The notes under the pieces: model-generated
What the model saw: only the letters and a program-made list of their open reading frames with translations
The model's database searches: none
Told to the model about the DNA's origin: nothing
Part shown: positions 12,110 through 25,129 of the stretch, one piece after another
Layout of the letters: the number at the start of each line of letters is the position of its first letter
Numbering within the stretch: the stretch's first letter is position 1
NCBI GenBank assembly: GCA_976551045.1
Contig: CDPCPM010000106.1
Location: forward strand, 23,746,001-23,810,000
Source: Glaucostegus cemiculus
Taxonomy: Eukaryota
DNA length: 64,000 bases
Reading direction: 5' to 3'
Translations under genes and position numbers: made by a program

Positions 12110-12365
12110 GACTAAAATAACGTAAATGCTAGATTTGTTAAATTTCTGGAAACACTGAGGTCAATTAGCATTTATAGAGAGAGAAAAGCAGAGTTAAATC
12201 TCATGATCAATTTCTTATCATCAAAATCTTTCACAGTGCAGGTACATTGATCTGAAACATTAACTTTATTCCCCTCTCCACAGAACCTGTCTGACCTGCT
12301 AAATATTTCTATCATTGCCTGCTTTTATTTCAGATTTCCAGTATCTGCAGTTTTTTGCTTTTTAT
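12110..12365. mobile_element. Inverted pair of Penelope-like termini
   Basis: Minus copy (GAGAGAAAAGCAGAGTTAA) faces a plus copy (CTGAAACATTAACTTT...CTGACCTGCT...TTTCAGATTTCCAGTATCTGCAG). Confidence 0.7.
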
Positions 12366-13034
12366 TTCTGAAAGAAAATGGGTTAAATGCAGACTTTTAT
12401 ATTTTAAAATATTAATATTTTCATAACATCATTTATTCATTTTGATTCATGAAAGACATTCTTTGGAGGGATATCTGAATTTGATTTAGTTTATGCTTAG
12501 TTTATGTTACGAGTGAGATGGTTGTTATCAAGTGAACCCTAAGAAAATATTGTTAGTGATTAGTTTATATTTCATCAACAATTTCATCAGTTTTTATTAG
12601 GTCTGTGTCAGCAGCATGTAAAATGAGTTTACAGTATAACATGGGTTTAAATCAATACTAAACTGTTGGGATGAAGTGTTGTTTCCCTAACAGGTGTAGG
12701 TGTCCATTGTGAAATAACTTTGAAAAGTATCAACCAACATTGATGCTCAAACTTCTATAGCACAAAACCATCCATAAATTGGCATTGTGACACACTTCTG
12801 CCAAACAGCATCTTCCTGGGGGAACTTAAATAATTCACATCAGTAGAGTAATCAATCCTGCAAAACCAAAGGATGGTCATGCTTATCTGACTTTAGAGGC
12901 CTTTGTGGTTGAAATTACTTCCTTTACTCAGTGAACTGTCCCTTGTGATCTACATAAACATCCCTTTTGTCAATTTATCACAAAGTTGGATCATGCCAGA
13001 AATATACAGCAAGTCAGTCAAAAAAGTAAAAAGT

Positions 13035-13281
13035 AGCACGGTAGCATAGCGGTTAGCATGACACTATTACAGCACCAGCAATCGGGGTTCGATTCCTGTC
13101 ATTGTCTGTAAGGAGCTTGTATGTTCTCCCGTGTCTGCATGGGTTTCCTCCGGGTGCTCCGATTTCCTCCCACATTCTAAAGATGTATGGCTGGGTTAAT
13201 TTGGGTTTAAAATGGGCGGCGCGGACTCGTTGGGGCGGAAGGGCCTGTTACCACGCTGTAAATAAAATTTAAATTTAAATT
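13035..13281 (+). mobile_element. V-SINE with a short CR1-like tail
   Basis: Head GGTAGCATAGCGGTTAGC, B-box GGTTCGATTCC, V-domain GGGTTTCCTCCGGGTGCTCCG, tail GAAGGGCCTGTTACCACGCTGTAAATAAAATTTAAATTTAAATT. Confidence 0.9.
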
Positions 13282-15787
13282 ATCTATGTGGAGAGGTTTG
13301 TTCTTCAGATCTGATAAATGTGTAAGCATTTTATTACAAGAGGGCACAAAGGGTCCACCATTGCTCTTGCCAAACAGTCTGGCAAATAGTTAAATCCCAA
13401 GGTGATAGGCTGCTGTATATGGATGTTCAAGGTCTTAATGCTTGTGCAAGCTTAATGTTCATTTCGGGGATCCCTTTCAGAGAGATGTGATACTCCACGT
13501 TCTACGGCACTTTCGGATCTGCTTCTGTGATACTGGAGACGAACAGAGTTGGGACTTTGATGTCTCTGTTTCATGTGTTGCAGGGAGCTAGTGCAAACAA
13601 GGCTGACTTTATATTTCCAAGTTCTGCAAACAATCTAACACAAAATAACTTTCCACTAACACAGCAATTTTCACAACCACAGGATGACCCAAAGCACCTC
13701 ACAGCCAATGAACTGTCGTCACTACTATAATGTTACATAATTTGGGTGAGATCTTGTAATGACTGGAGGCATAAAAGTTAATGGGTGTTACAACCTTCAC
13801 AGCCAATGGCAGTAATGTGCTTGTAGAAGTGTTCAGTTACAAGGTCTATTGCAATATGTGGCAATAATCAATCATGGCCTACACACTGTACTGGAACATT
13901 TGCTTTAACCTATTAAGGTATGTGCTCCTCCCTTTGTATGTGGAGGTCTGAGAGTATTGGCAGGTGATGCAAAACTTTCCAAGTGCTGCCACATTGCTAT
14001 CTGCAGTAGTTAGATGTATAAGCTATGTCATGGCTACCTTGTTTGCACTGGCACCCCCAGCTCTCTGCATCTCCAGTAATACAGGGGTAAATTAGGAAGT
14101 GCCATGTAAGCTTGCAGAACTCCCAGGGTTATTTCTAGCTGTGTGCTGTTTCAGTGTGGGTTTGGATACAAAGCCATGCCCCTACCTCCAAATAAAAGAC
14201 ACAGCCAAGAAACACCACCAAGTGCTTTCAAGTCATTCACCCGTGAAATGAAGTAAGTTGTATCATCAGCATGTGTGTGACCACTGACGTGGCCCAGTAC
14301 AACCAGTGGATTGCCAAGTTCAATGGTTCCTGAGCAGTGCATCTTGGAGCCCCCAACAAAGAATATGGCAGGTGGATATCAGATCAGACAATCTGAACCA
14401 TTGATACAATTCAGGTCTTTTCCCATTAGAAAAAGTAGTGCTAGAAGACTAACAGATATACATATGTGAGGAAAAAAAATCATTGTTAAGGTACCACATA
14501 ACAGATTCAAGAATAATGTCAAAACATTTAAAGTCAGGAGCAAGTATAAGAATAGGTAGCTGACCAGCTTAAAGACAGAAAACAGAGAATAATGGGCCAT
14601 ATTGTTGAGTCCAGAAGTCATGATCAGAGAGGGGGTTGGCTGTTTGGGAAGTCAGAGGTCAAAATGGGGGTCAGTACCACTGGGAAGATGGTCTGGAGCA
14701 GATGAGCAAATTGTAGGAAATGAGATCCCTTAATGTTGAAAGTGTGATTCATGACCAAAAATATCCAGTTGAATGTCTGGCATCATGATCTAACCTGAAA
14801 ATTGCCACATACTGCACTCCAGAAATGGCCCATTTTTAGATGTGTAACACTGAAAAACAGGTGTTACATCTATGAATATCTACGCCAACTTTTTGCAACA
14901 CAAATAAAGAGGTTGCTTATTACTTAGAATATGAAATGGTGATTGAGGTTAGGGGACAAAAGAATCTGAGTACAAACACACAAATGACTAAAAGAGTTAA
15001 AAGTGCCAGAAGAAGAATCTGTCACAAAGGGAACTAACATTTCCTTTGATCATCGACACTCACTTAAAATGATCGACATGTTGATCTGGCCATGACAATG
15101 GAATGTATTATTAAAGAACTGAGGTAATGCTTGGGTTCCAGTTGAATTAGTGTGCAACATTTCACTTTCTATTTATTTGAAAGTTCTGTGGAATGTAACA
15201 GCATCAAACATTTAGTTAGTGCTCTATATTGCCCTGATTCCCAAAGGGGTAACAGAGAGCAGTATATACAGTATGTTAAACAAAACCTTGACAAAGCAAA
15301 TGTTCTAAAGTTAGTTTAATTCACAATAAATCATCAATTTCTGGTTTTACTCTGGCAGACCCTATGATGCACCATCATCTTTGCACAGTCTTGATCTTGG
15401 TACAGCCTAGGTTAGAGGGAAGAATGGAGAGCAGTAATTAAAGCAGAAAGCAATGTTTTGAGAAAAAGAAAAGCAATTCCCACTTAGTGAATGAGTTACA
15501 ATCAACAGAAGTAATGAGCAGGTACAAGGCTCAGTAACAGAACTTGGTGAGTAGTCCAAATCTGTACTTAGGTATTTTGTATCAAATATCATATCAGAAA
15601 TCACATCAATATTGATCAAAGAATTACAGCAGGAGGCACTGAAGAAATGTATACAAAGAATAGATTCCTGATGTCAATACGGAGGCAGTTATTGTTTATA
15701 TTTCACAGAACAGTAGTGAGTCAGATCAAGAGGTTGAACTTCCTCAGTACAAGGAATGGCTACAATGTGAGAGACAAGTTCAGAGAC

Positions 15788-15934
15788 AACATTTAAAAAG
15801 TACTTGGATAAGTACATGGATAGGAAAGGTTTGGAGGGATATGGGCCAAATGCGGGCAATGGGACTAGCTTAGATGGGGATCTTGGTCAGCATGGACCAG
15901 TTGGCCCAAAGGGCCTGTTTCCATTCTCTTTGAC
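15788..15934 (+). mobile_element. HER1/CR1 3' tail
   Basis: TTTAAAAAGTACTTGGATAAGTACATGGATAGGAAAGG...GGCCCAAAGGGCCTGTTTCC. Confidence 0.85.
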
Positions 15935-16142
15935 AAGTTGAGGTCACACTGGCCAAAGAAACTTCTCAACAAACAAATTGAAACCTGTGAAATTGTAAAA
16001 ACTGTTTACTTATGTTTTCTTCAATGTGAGAACAGTATGCTGCACTTGCATGTAATCATGTGATTAAATCATATGGTCAGAGCGTGTAGTGACATCACCA
16101 TGTGTGCGTATGTTAAAAGCACCACTGCAGTGAATTCCTTGC

Positions 16143-16236
16143 TGTTGGAGTTACATCTAACAGTCTTGGTCAGAGCTCCTGTGTCCTGTAATTGTTATTG
16201 TAAGTACAGGACACGGGCTCTGAATGAGCTCCAGCA
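16143..16236. repeat. Imperfect inverted repeat / long hairpin
   Basis: TCAGAGCtCCtGTGTCCTGTA (16170-16190) pairs with TACAGGACACGGGCTCTGA (16205-16223); outer arms TGTTGGAGTTACAT and ATGAGCTCCAGCA. Confidence 0.8.
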
Positions 16237-16249
16237 ATATCCACCTTAG

Positions 16250-16900
16250 GATACGTTACAAACGCAAAAGAACCTCCAGGCTTTGTTTCTAGAGGACTAG
16301 AATTGAGAAGTAGAGAAGATTTGATAAATCTATACTGAGAATAGTTTCGACCACAAAGTATTGCATATAAGTCTATTTGCCACATTATATATAAAGTCAC
16401 AGACATGGCGTAAAAAAGATTTGCAATGATCATACCAGCACTGAGATATTGCTTAACAAAAAAAGAATGAACTGACTGGGTCTCTTTTCACCTGGAATAA
16501 ACCTGAAGGATACCTAATGAATGTATTTAAATATATAAAAGTTTTAGTTAAACACAGAGAGAAGGTCTCCATTTGTTGGGGAAAAACAAAACTAAAAGCC
16601 ATTGGTATAAAATTGTTACCAAGAAATCAATGTGGAAATTCAGCAGACACTTCTTTTACCTAGAAAGTGGTAAGACTGGAATTTGTGAAAATTACAAAGG
16701 AATGTAAATTGAAGGTGAAAAGTACAGTGGAATGTAAATTGAAGGTAGACAGGCATGTGCAGGAGAGGGTGATGCAGCATTAGGTGATGAAGTTAGATGA
16801 GGAAGAAAGGGAAGAGGCTCAAGTGGGGTAAAACTGGCAGCATAACTGGTTAGGTTGAGTAGTGTGTATCCATGCACTATATTCCATGTTATCTGTATAG
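16250..16900 (+). mobile_element. Degenerate CR1 ORF2 C-terminus and tail
   Basis: GFVSRGLELRSRE..LY..V.PQ pattern, then ACTGGGTCTCTTTTC (LGLFS) and FFxxKVVxxWN-like sequence. Confidence 0.7.
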
Positions 16901-19900
16901 CAATGACTGAAGTAAATATGAATTTTCTTGTCAGAGAATTCTAGCTGTTCTTAGCATGCGAAGCAAACTGCAACAAGAGAAAGCCCCCTGGGAGCCCAAA
17001 GTCCACAGCAGGGGAAAGACTCGTCATTGCTGTCCCAGACTGCAGATGGATCACAGCCTAAACAGCTACTTGAGAACAGCAATGGAGTTGTAAGGAAGCG
17101 CCATGAGGCTGTGGCTGGGATGTGTAAGGATTATACATGAAGACCCTTCTCCACTATATTATTCAAGGTTACTAATGCAGCCAGAAAAATGCTAACCTCA
17201 TCAAATTTTGTCCAATTTACAGCTGAATAGCTGAATGATTTCAGAGTCCTTTGTTTGCTGCTTGAGAGTTGTTAGGGGATGATAACTTCAGCTGTCCCAT
17301 GACTGTTTGCTAATTAATGATCCTACTAACAATATCACTTTCATAGGAAATACACATCTCAAAACCACATGGGAGCGCAGTTTCATAAACAACAAGGTTT
17401 TAGTTTATTTTAGGGAAAACACAAGATGCCCAAGGTTGAAAAGCAGCATTAAATGCAACAAGTAACTCATAATAAACCCTGGGAACTTACGCCCAGAAAT
17501 CAGTGAAAACAGGAAATAAAGAATTTTTGTTCAAGGAATAGGGAACACTAAACAATGTGTTATTCTTTTCTGGTTAATATTCAGAAAGAATTTATTCATG
17601 ATGCCACTAACTAGTCAGAAATTCTTCTTAAATGGTGTAAGTTTTATTAAAACTTTCCACATTTCATAAATATGTGGCAGACACGTTTTTGTAAGTGCCA
17701 TCAATTATAAGCAGATATAAATGTGGAGAAGTTACCTCAAGTGGCAACAGCTAGAAAGTCACTTCTTGCTTAACAGAGCTCAATGGTTTCGGATGGTATT
17801 GCTATTCTTATCAGTTTTGCAATTGGAAAAATTTCACTAGTTTGCCCTGTTTGCTCTCTTTTCTCTCTACTTCTGGGAGTCAAAGGCCACGCTCTTAAAT
17901 GTTTCATAATTTTTCAACATTACTAATGACGCCCAAATTCAAATCAGCACAAAGTATCAGAATAAAAAGTCAGTGTCTTTTACTCATAGGTCAATGGACG
18001 CCAGGAGGCTTCAGGAGAATGCGGCCTCGTACCTCTCCCCACATTTCTCACAAGCCTGCCCTTTAAGACTGAAGCCTTATTAATGTCGGATCATATCGGT
18101 TGCCCTCATTTTCAGTGAATTATTGTAATTGTGGGTGTTAGAAATGTGCTGTAATCATTATACATCACACAGAATCACAGACTGATGCTAATTGATCTAA
18201 CTAGAGCAGTGTCTTTAAAGAATGTACCCTGCTCAGAGCCCTCTATCAGATGAGGCAAAAAATAGATTCCATGGTGCATTTCCATGGTAACGAGAGTCAT
18301 CTGATGTCTTGTTAGAGAAAAAAGAAGTTCTGTCACTATCCCCATAGGGCTCATTAATAAAAGGCCTAAAGTGACCAAACATCATTGAAAACCACTTACA
18401 GCAAGAGAGAGGGATTGCATCTCCCTGTCAGGACCCTCCAATGTGTCCTTTTACCAGCTTTTTACCTGATTTGTGAGCAGTCATTTATTCGAACCCTCAG
18501 GCACGCAAATCTAGTAGATAGCAGCTTTGAAAAATGTAACATTTCAAGTGTAAAAAAAAGGAGTTCATTCTTCTATACTGAACCATGTAACAGCTAATAA
18601 AATAAAAATCACCCTCAGTAACTAGAGCACTTGGATATCTGAATATTTTATTATAAACGGTACCGAATGCTTTTGGCTTTCAATGTTTGAAACCAACTTG
18701 AGCAAGAACATTTTGAGGAAATATTTAAAAATCTTCCTTGGGAAAAGAAAGAAATGCAATTTTTTCAGTTCCTCTATCAGCCTTGTCATTTTTATCTCCT
18801 CCTGGAGTGTATAATATTTGTTGATATTATGCCAGACAGATGTTTGGTATGAACACTCCCAAAGTCACAAAACTGATTGCCACTAATTTTTTTTCTAGCC
18901 ATCCAGGGTGTATTCCTAAGAGAATCATGTGAATTCCCGTATAAATTTACCTTGACTTTCCAACTTGTGATGCAATAAACAGAGGGCAATACAAAGAAGG
19001 TAATTATAAATAAAAAGATTGATTTGGACTCTTTCCAAAGTTTGAATTATTCAAAAGTTAAAAGCAATTTTCAATATTTATTCAGTTAGCAATTGGTCAA
19101 GTTATTTTTGTATATGAGACAGATGTGTTGTCAATCTCATTAAGGGAACGATTACATAAAAACCCATTCTCCATGCTTCCTCAGTAAAGAGAGCGATCAA
19201 ATGGAATGTTAATGTTTAACTTGTGAGGAATTTTCCAACTGATGGAACTAATCCAGGGTCTAAAGAGGTCATTGTACAGGAAGAATGAAGAATTCACAGC
19301 AAGGTTGAAATAATGTAATGCAAGTCGGTGGTAATTCAGGGTGCGAGAACCCAAGAGAACAAACACATAACACATAACTTCCTCTTAACTAGATATTGTT
19401 TATATTTAAACAAACGTATTGGCTAGAAGCATGAACTCTGTTTTGCTGTATTTTCTATTTTTATTTCAGATATATATCATCTGCAGTATTTTGGTTGCTC
19501 AAACTTTTATTTTCTGGAAATATTCACACCAAACAAAATTAATTAGTGCTTTAGTTTAATTGAGTCTCCAGTTTACTGATCCTGAATGTTCAAGGCTAAT
19601 ACTAACTGATCTTTCCCTTTGTGCTTTACAGATGTATGTGACTTGTATAACAAGCTTAAACTGGTTTCTGAACAGCAGCAACAGTTGTTATAAAGCAGAT
19701 AATGTTAATTCAGGTAGCTTGTAGGTTCAGTCATTGAGGTTAGTTTATATATAGCATAACTGACAGTGATTAGTGAGTCACCCAAAAATAAACCACCAGC
19801 AGCCTAAGGACTTTATTTACTCTAATGATATAAAGTACCTTAAATTTCAGGATTCATTTGTTATCTGGACATTGGTATTTTTACAAACTCATGTTTTGAT

Positions 19901-20504
19901 CTAATTAAAATAAAAAGACGCTTGCAGTGCTGTTGCAGTAGCACATTATTCTTTGAATGCAGCAAGGTTTTTGGTCATCAGTAGTGATTCCATTGCCTTT
20001 ATTCTCAAGACTTTAAATGGGTAACATTAACATCAAGAAATAGTGGGGTTGAAATTGGGCTCATTTTCAGATGAATAGTTACTGTCATGGCACAACCAGC
20101 AGTACAAAATTGGCTCTTAAGCTTCATTTTAATAATATGAGCAAAGTACTGCTGCATGGCCAGCCTCCGTAGCTAACTCACCCATTAACTGTTGACCATT
20201 CTTAAGGCCTCCACCTCACCACAGTTAAAACAGGATTAGCAGATGTTCACTAGACAATAATCTGATGTTTAGTCCATTCAGGGCAGTTCAATTACTCAGG
20301 GGTATACTAACACCAATGGTCAGGTTCACATTAGCTGCGTATGATACTCTGGATGCCAGTGTGGGATTGAAATTTTTTGAGGCCACCAGGAGATACAGGG
20401 GAACTGGCAAGGTGATCACTCTAGGAGACAATATGAGCTCAAATGTTTCTCTCACAAGCTTGACCATTCGGCACATCTCTTACCCTGAGAAAATTACATC
20501 ACAA

Positions 20505-21400
20505 ATATGAGGCTATTCAGCCCATTGTATTAACAATGACCATAAGACATTCCTTAGGTTAATCATACTTCCCAGCTCTAGTCTGTAGTCTTCTAGGTTA
20601 TGGTTCACCAAATGCTCATCCAGAAACTTCTTAAAAGTGTCTGTCTCCACCTCCCTTTCAAACATAAATTCCACACTTCCACCATATTTTGAACAAATTT
20701 CTTTCTCTCAGCTCCTTTGTCATTTCCCTAATTAACATAAATCTATGCCCTCTTAGTTATTATTCTCTTAAGTGAAATAAGTCTTTTCTGTTTATCCTAT
20801 CTAGGCACCTCATGATCATATAGACTGCAGTTAAACCTCTCCTTGGAGTCCTTTGTTCCAAAGTAAGTATCTCCAGCCTAGACAGTCCATAACATTTTCC
20901 GAGGAACATCCTTGTAAATCTTCTTTGCATCATTTCAAACTTTGCATTAACCTTTCTGTAACATGGGAACCAAAACTGCACAAAATACAAAACCGTACAC
21001 TAGTTGTGACTTAATGAATATTTTATTTATGACCTCCCTGCTTTTGTGTTCTGTGCCTTGACCAATTTGGATAAGTATCCCATATGTTGCCTTAACTACC
21101 TTATCAAACTATCCTGATAACTTTAATAATTTATGAATAAATACACCAAGATCTCTTTGTGTTCTGGTCTTCTCTATTATGTATTCCTTTGCATTGTTTG
21201 TCCACACCAAATGTGTTACATCGTACTTCTCTGGATTGAATTCCATTTGCCATTTTTTTTAATCCACCTAAACATTCCATTGATGTTTTCCTGTGGCCTA
21301 GAACTTTCTTCCTCACTATGAACCACACTGTATCATCAGTAATCTTTTTAACTGTGACCCTTCCTTTCAAGTTCAAGTCTTTTATGTCTACAGGTGACCT
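20505..21400 (-). mobile_element. CR1 LINE RT C-terminus plus 3' UTR
   Basis: The 20760-20990 ORF (VQFWFPCYRK..EMMQRRFTRM..LEQR..RGL..VY.IMR.LDR) is typical CR1 ORF2; tail GGCTATTCAGCCCAT. Confidence 0.85.
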
Positions 21401-22611
21401 GAGCATTTTGGTTGTAAGGTTAATGGAAATTTGCCATTACAAAATTCACAAATCACTACCTAAAAATTTGAGATATGGAATAAAATCCTCTCTCATGGTA
21501 TTCAGGTTAAAAAAAGACTGTTTTGTGACCCAGCTTTGCGTTACAGAAAATCACAATACAGACCATTTTCTCGGAATGCCATCCCTGTAACACAGAAGTC
21601 ACTTTGCAACATGAAAAATAAGGGGGGCCTTGCACTGACCTAAAGTACTGATGGTGTGGCAGAGTGTTTTCTTTTCATTGGACACAAATACCATCTCTGG
21701 GACAAGAAGTCATACTGAAGACATGGTCTCCATCTGAACCAGGATGGGTCCTGTGTCGAAGTAGAAAGGACAAGTAGGAAGGCGACGAAAAGCTTTAAAC
21801 TAGTGAACAGGAGGAAGTGATCTATAAGAAATGTAAACAGACTAAATATAAACAAAGTAGGAAAAGTGAGCATAGAAAAGGATAATGAGCAAATAGAGTT
21901 AAAGTACTGCAATTTATAAAGGGTTAACTATACAGGGAGGGGGAATTCTGTTAAAAATGAGATAAACTATCTTTACTGCAATGTACACAGTGTCTGTAAT
22001 AAAACAGGGGAGCTGGAGGCTAACATGTATTGGGAGCAACCTGACATAATATGGATTACTGAGAGATGGCTACAACAAAACCAGGATTGTGAATTAAATA
22101 TTGCAGGGTATAACATAATTAGAAAAAGTAGAAAGGGAAAAAGTGGAGAAAGGCAATATTTATTAGTGATATAATTGTGATGACAGAAGAAAATAATGTA
22201 GTGGGAGAAAGACAAAAATAGAATTCATATAAATTTAAGTAAAATATATTAAAGGATCAATCATCCAAATAATCTAAAGACCGTCTAACAGTGGAAGAAA
22301 GGTGGAAATATGCATACAAAATAGAGAAATGAGTGAAAAAGGACAGAATTTTCATAAATGAGTTCCAACTACTCCAATGTTGTGTAGTCAAGGTAGCTAA
22401 AGGAGATGAACACATGGACTTCCTACAGTGCAAATGGGTCGTCACTTTTACCCAAAATGATATAAGTCCAACAGAGGAAAATTCACTTTTGGATCAAGTA
22501 ATCGGGATTGAACCAGTGCAAGTAAGAGAAATAAAAGTAGTAGAACATCTAGGAAATATTAAACATAATATGATATACTTTAAGATGATAACGGGACATA
22601 ATAATGATGAA

Positions 22612-22675
22612 GGCACAAGAGAGACTGCAGATGCTGGAAATCTGGAGCAACACACACCAAGTGCTGGAGGAACTT
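22612..22675 (-). mobile_element. Penelope-like terminus fragment
   Basis: GAGACTGCAGATGCTGGAAATCTGGAGCAACACAC...TGCTGGAGGAACT. Confidence 0.7.
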
Positions 22676-22712
22676 CATAATAATGATAAGACAATATATA
22701 ACTTCATAATAA

Positions 22713-22966
22713 TGATATCTTCATTTGTCACATGTACATTGAAACACACAGTGAAATGCATCTTTTGTGTAGTTTTCTGGGGGCAGCCCGCAAGTGTTGC
22801 CATGTTTCCGGCGCCAACATAGCATGCCTACATCATCCTAACCTGCACGTCTTTGGAATGTGGGAGGAAACCAGAGCACCCGGAAAAACCCACGCAGACA
22901 CATGGGGAGAACGAACAAACTCCATACAGGCAGTGTCCGGATTTGAACCCAGGTCGCTGGCGCTAA
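22713..22966 (-). mobile_element. V-SINE (same family as 4977-5274), head truncated
   Basis: GTCACATGTACATTGAAACACACAGTGAAATGCATC...GGAATGTGGGAGGAAACCAGAGCACCCGG...TTTGAACCCAGGTCGCTGGCGCT. Confidence 0.9.
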
Positions 22967-23649
22967 AATGATGAACATCAGATTGAAGTAAAGCTGATTT
23001 TGAGAGGCTAAGAATATAACTTGGAAAGATAAAATTTGGCAACAGTGTTGTTCAACAACAATCAAGAACAATACAGGCAATAATTAAAATGATGTTCAAT
23101 ATATGTCACCAAAAAAAGTAACAAGCTAAATACTCATGAGATTCCATGGATGAATAAAGTCATATGGGAACAATTGTGGCTAAGGAAAGAAACACATATT
23201 AAGTACGTTGGCAGCAGAGGAGTGTGTTTTAAGAGAGAATAGGAAGGGATTAGGAGAGAAATCAAATAAACAACCGTTAAGGCAAAGAGTTACCAAAAAT
23301 TAAATTATCAAGGAACAATATAGTAAAATATTTTGCAAATATATTCTTATAAAAAGGAAGGTTGGGTTGGAAATAGAACTATGGAGAGTAAGACAGGACA
23401 ATACCACAGTAATGATAGGGAGATGGCAGAAATAGTAGGTTTTTCTTTTGCTTGAGGAACATGACTTTGGAGATTGGAATGAATTATGAGAAGGAGATAT
23501 ATAAGAATGCTGACCAATCTCAGAGAATGAAACCCCTGGTCTGGATGGATTCCATCTAAGTATCTAGGGAAATAAAATTTAGTCCTGTCACTAAAACTTC
23601 TCTGAACAATTATTTTTCACTTTCTCCCATTAGGTCAATTTTTATGTTC

Positions 23650-23920
23650 CCTTGTTATGGACTTTTACTTTCTCAAAGATACACATTGATAAAATCCACA
23701 TGAAATTCATACAAGGTAATCAGACTCAGCCTGCTCTTAACAAGTCCATACTTGCTGTCCTTGATTAAACCATTCTCTCTAAATGTTTATTTATGTTCAC
23801 CCTCAGAATTTTTTTTTACAATAATTTATCCACTGACAATGTTAGGGTGTTGAGGCAATAGTTACTAAGCCTAGCATTTTCTCCACGTTTAAAAATCTTC
23901 AACATTTGCAAGTTTAACAA
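23650..23920 (-). mobile_element. CR1 RT N-terminal fragment
   Basis: CCATACTTGCTGTCCTTGATTAA (antisense of IKDSxHG) and AGTTACTAAGCCTAGCATTTTCTCC (~NYRPxSL). Confidence 0.5.
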
Positions 23921-25129
23921 CATGCTTCATCTTACTATCTCCTTTTGAGATCAAAGGAGAAACACCTTCTTTTTCCCTATTGCTAAAATTGCCTCAAAGA
24001 AATGTGGTCCCCAGATCTTTCTCATAGAGTAACCATTGCCATCTTCGGAAGTTTGTCAAGGTGAACACTTATGGACAGTGACAGAATCCATGACAGTCCT
24101 GAGCACTAGAATATGATAACTGCCATTATATTATTTCCCTGCTCAGGGGGAAGCTGAGAAGATTCAGAATTGAGAGGCTGAGAAACCTGAAGGCTAAGTG
24201 AAGAAAAGGGGAAAAGTAGGTCCATAGGTTTAATGCCACTAGGCAGTAGAGAAGGAGATGAGGACTGACGTCAGTTACAATGTTCAACTAGAGACAATCT
24301 GAGAATATGGTGTGCACACATGGAAGGATTTTGCATCATTTGAGGCAGAATGGGCTATAACAAAATCACAATTTTTAAGATTATAATGGTAAACCATACA
24401 TTCTTTTTGACTTTGATACTATTGTTAGAATAGTTCCACTGTGTTGATGTGTATTATCCTGATTACTATTTCATATGCAATAATTATAAGATTATCCCTA
24501 ATAATCTGACTTCTCTTCAATGCTGCTCCACAAATGATCATTAACTATCCTTTTACAGTGTTGTATAAAACTGTTAATCTGACTCTTACTATTTCAAAAC
24601 CTGAACTTTTTCTGAACCACAATTTCCTTTGCTCCTTTGAAAGTGCATAGGGCAATTCTTCAGACCCTATATTGTTTCTCCAGCTGCAAGCCCAGTAATG
24701 CAGGAAGTGAGAAAGCATGTTAGTGAGGGGAAAGAAGAAATTAGAAAGGTGGGGAGAAAATGATAAACTGGAAAATAAATACACAAAGAAGAGGAAAATA
24801 AAAGGTAAAGAAAAATGGAAAACAAGAGCAGACAAAATGCAAGAACACCATGGCAAAGGAAGAGGAGGTAAAGAAGAATGAAAGAGTAAAGCAGTAGCAA
24901 AACATGACAAAGCAAGAAATGGAATTAAGTAGGAAAGTGAGGCAGCACAAACTATATTATTCAGTGTCAGCTCCTAAGTTGATAGATGGTATTCCCATGG
25001 TCTAAACAAGATCTATACAGTTACAGTCCATTAAATACTTGATCAACACTCAGTTAAAAAAATCTGCACTGTATTACACACATTACATTTCTACTGTGGT
25101 AATGGGGCAAAACTGTTATGAAAGCTCAG

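Larger units (their letters stand above)
21780..23570 (+). mobile_element. Degenerate CR1 ORF2 endonuclease/linker region, interrupted by younger inserts
   Basis: DIIWITERWLQ..LNIAGYNIIRKSRKGKSG, PTEENSLLDQVI..V.EHLG..HNMI.F and KPLVWMDSI (~PGPDG) motifs. Confidence 0.75.

Noticed and set aside
13035-13105. tRNA-like sequence with A and B boxes
   Set aside because: It is a SINE head continuous with the V-domain; there is no complete cloverleaf or terminator.
16699-16746. 18-bp direct repeat with 30-bp period, and other short repeat pairs
   Set aside because: Only two units, inside a CR1 relic. No regular repeat-spacer array exists anywhere in the window, so no CRISPR-like call.
24545-24950. 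Three overlapping hydrophobic minus-strand ORFs
   Set aside because: Artefact of an A/G-rich low-complexity tract on the plus strand.
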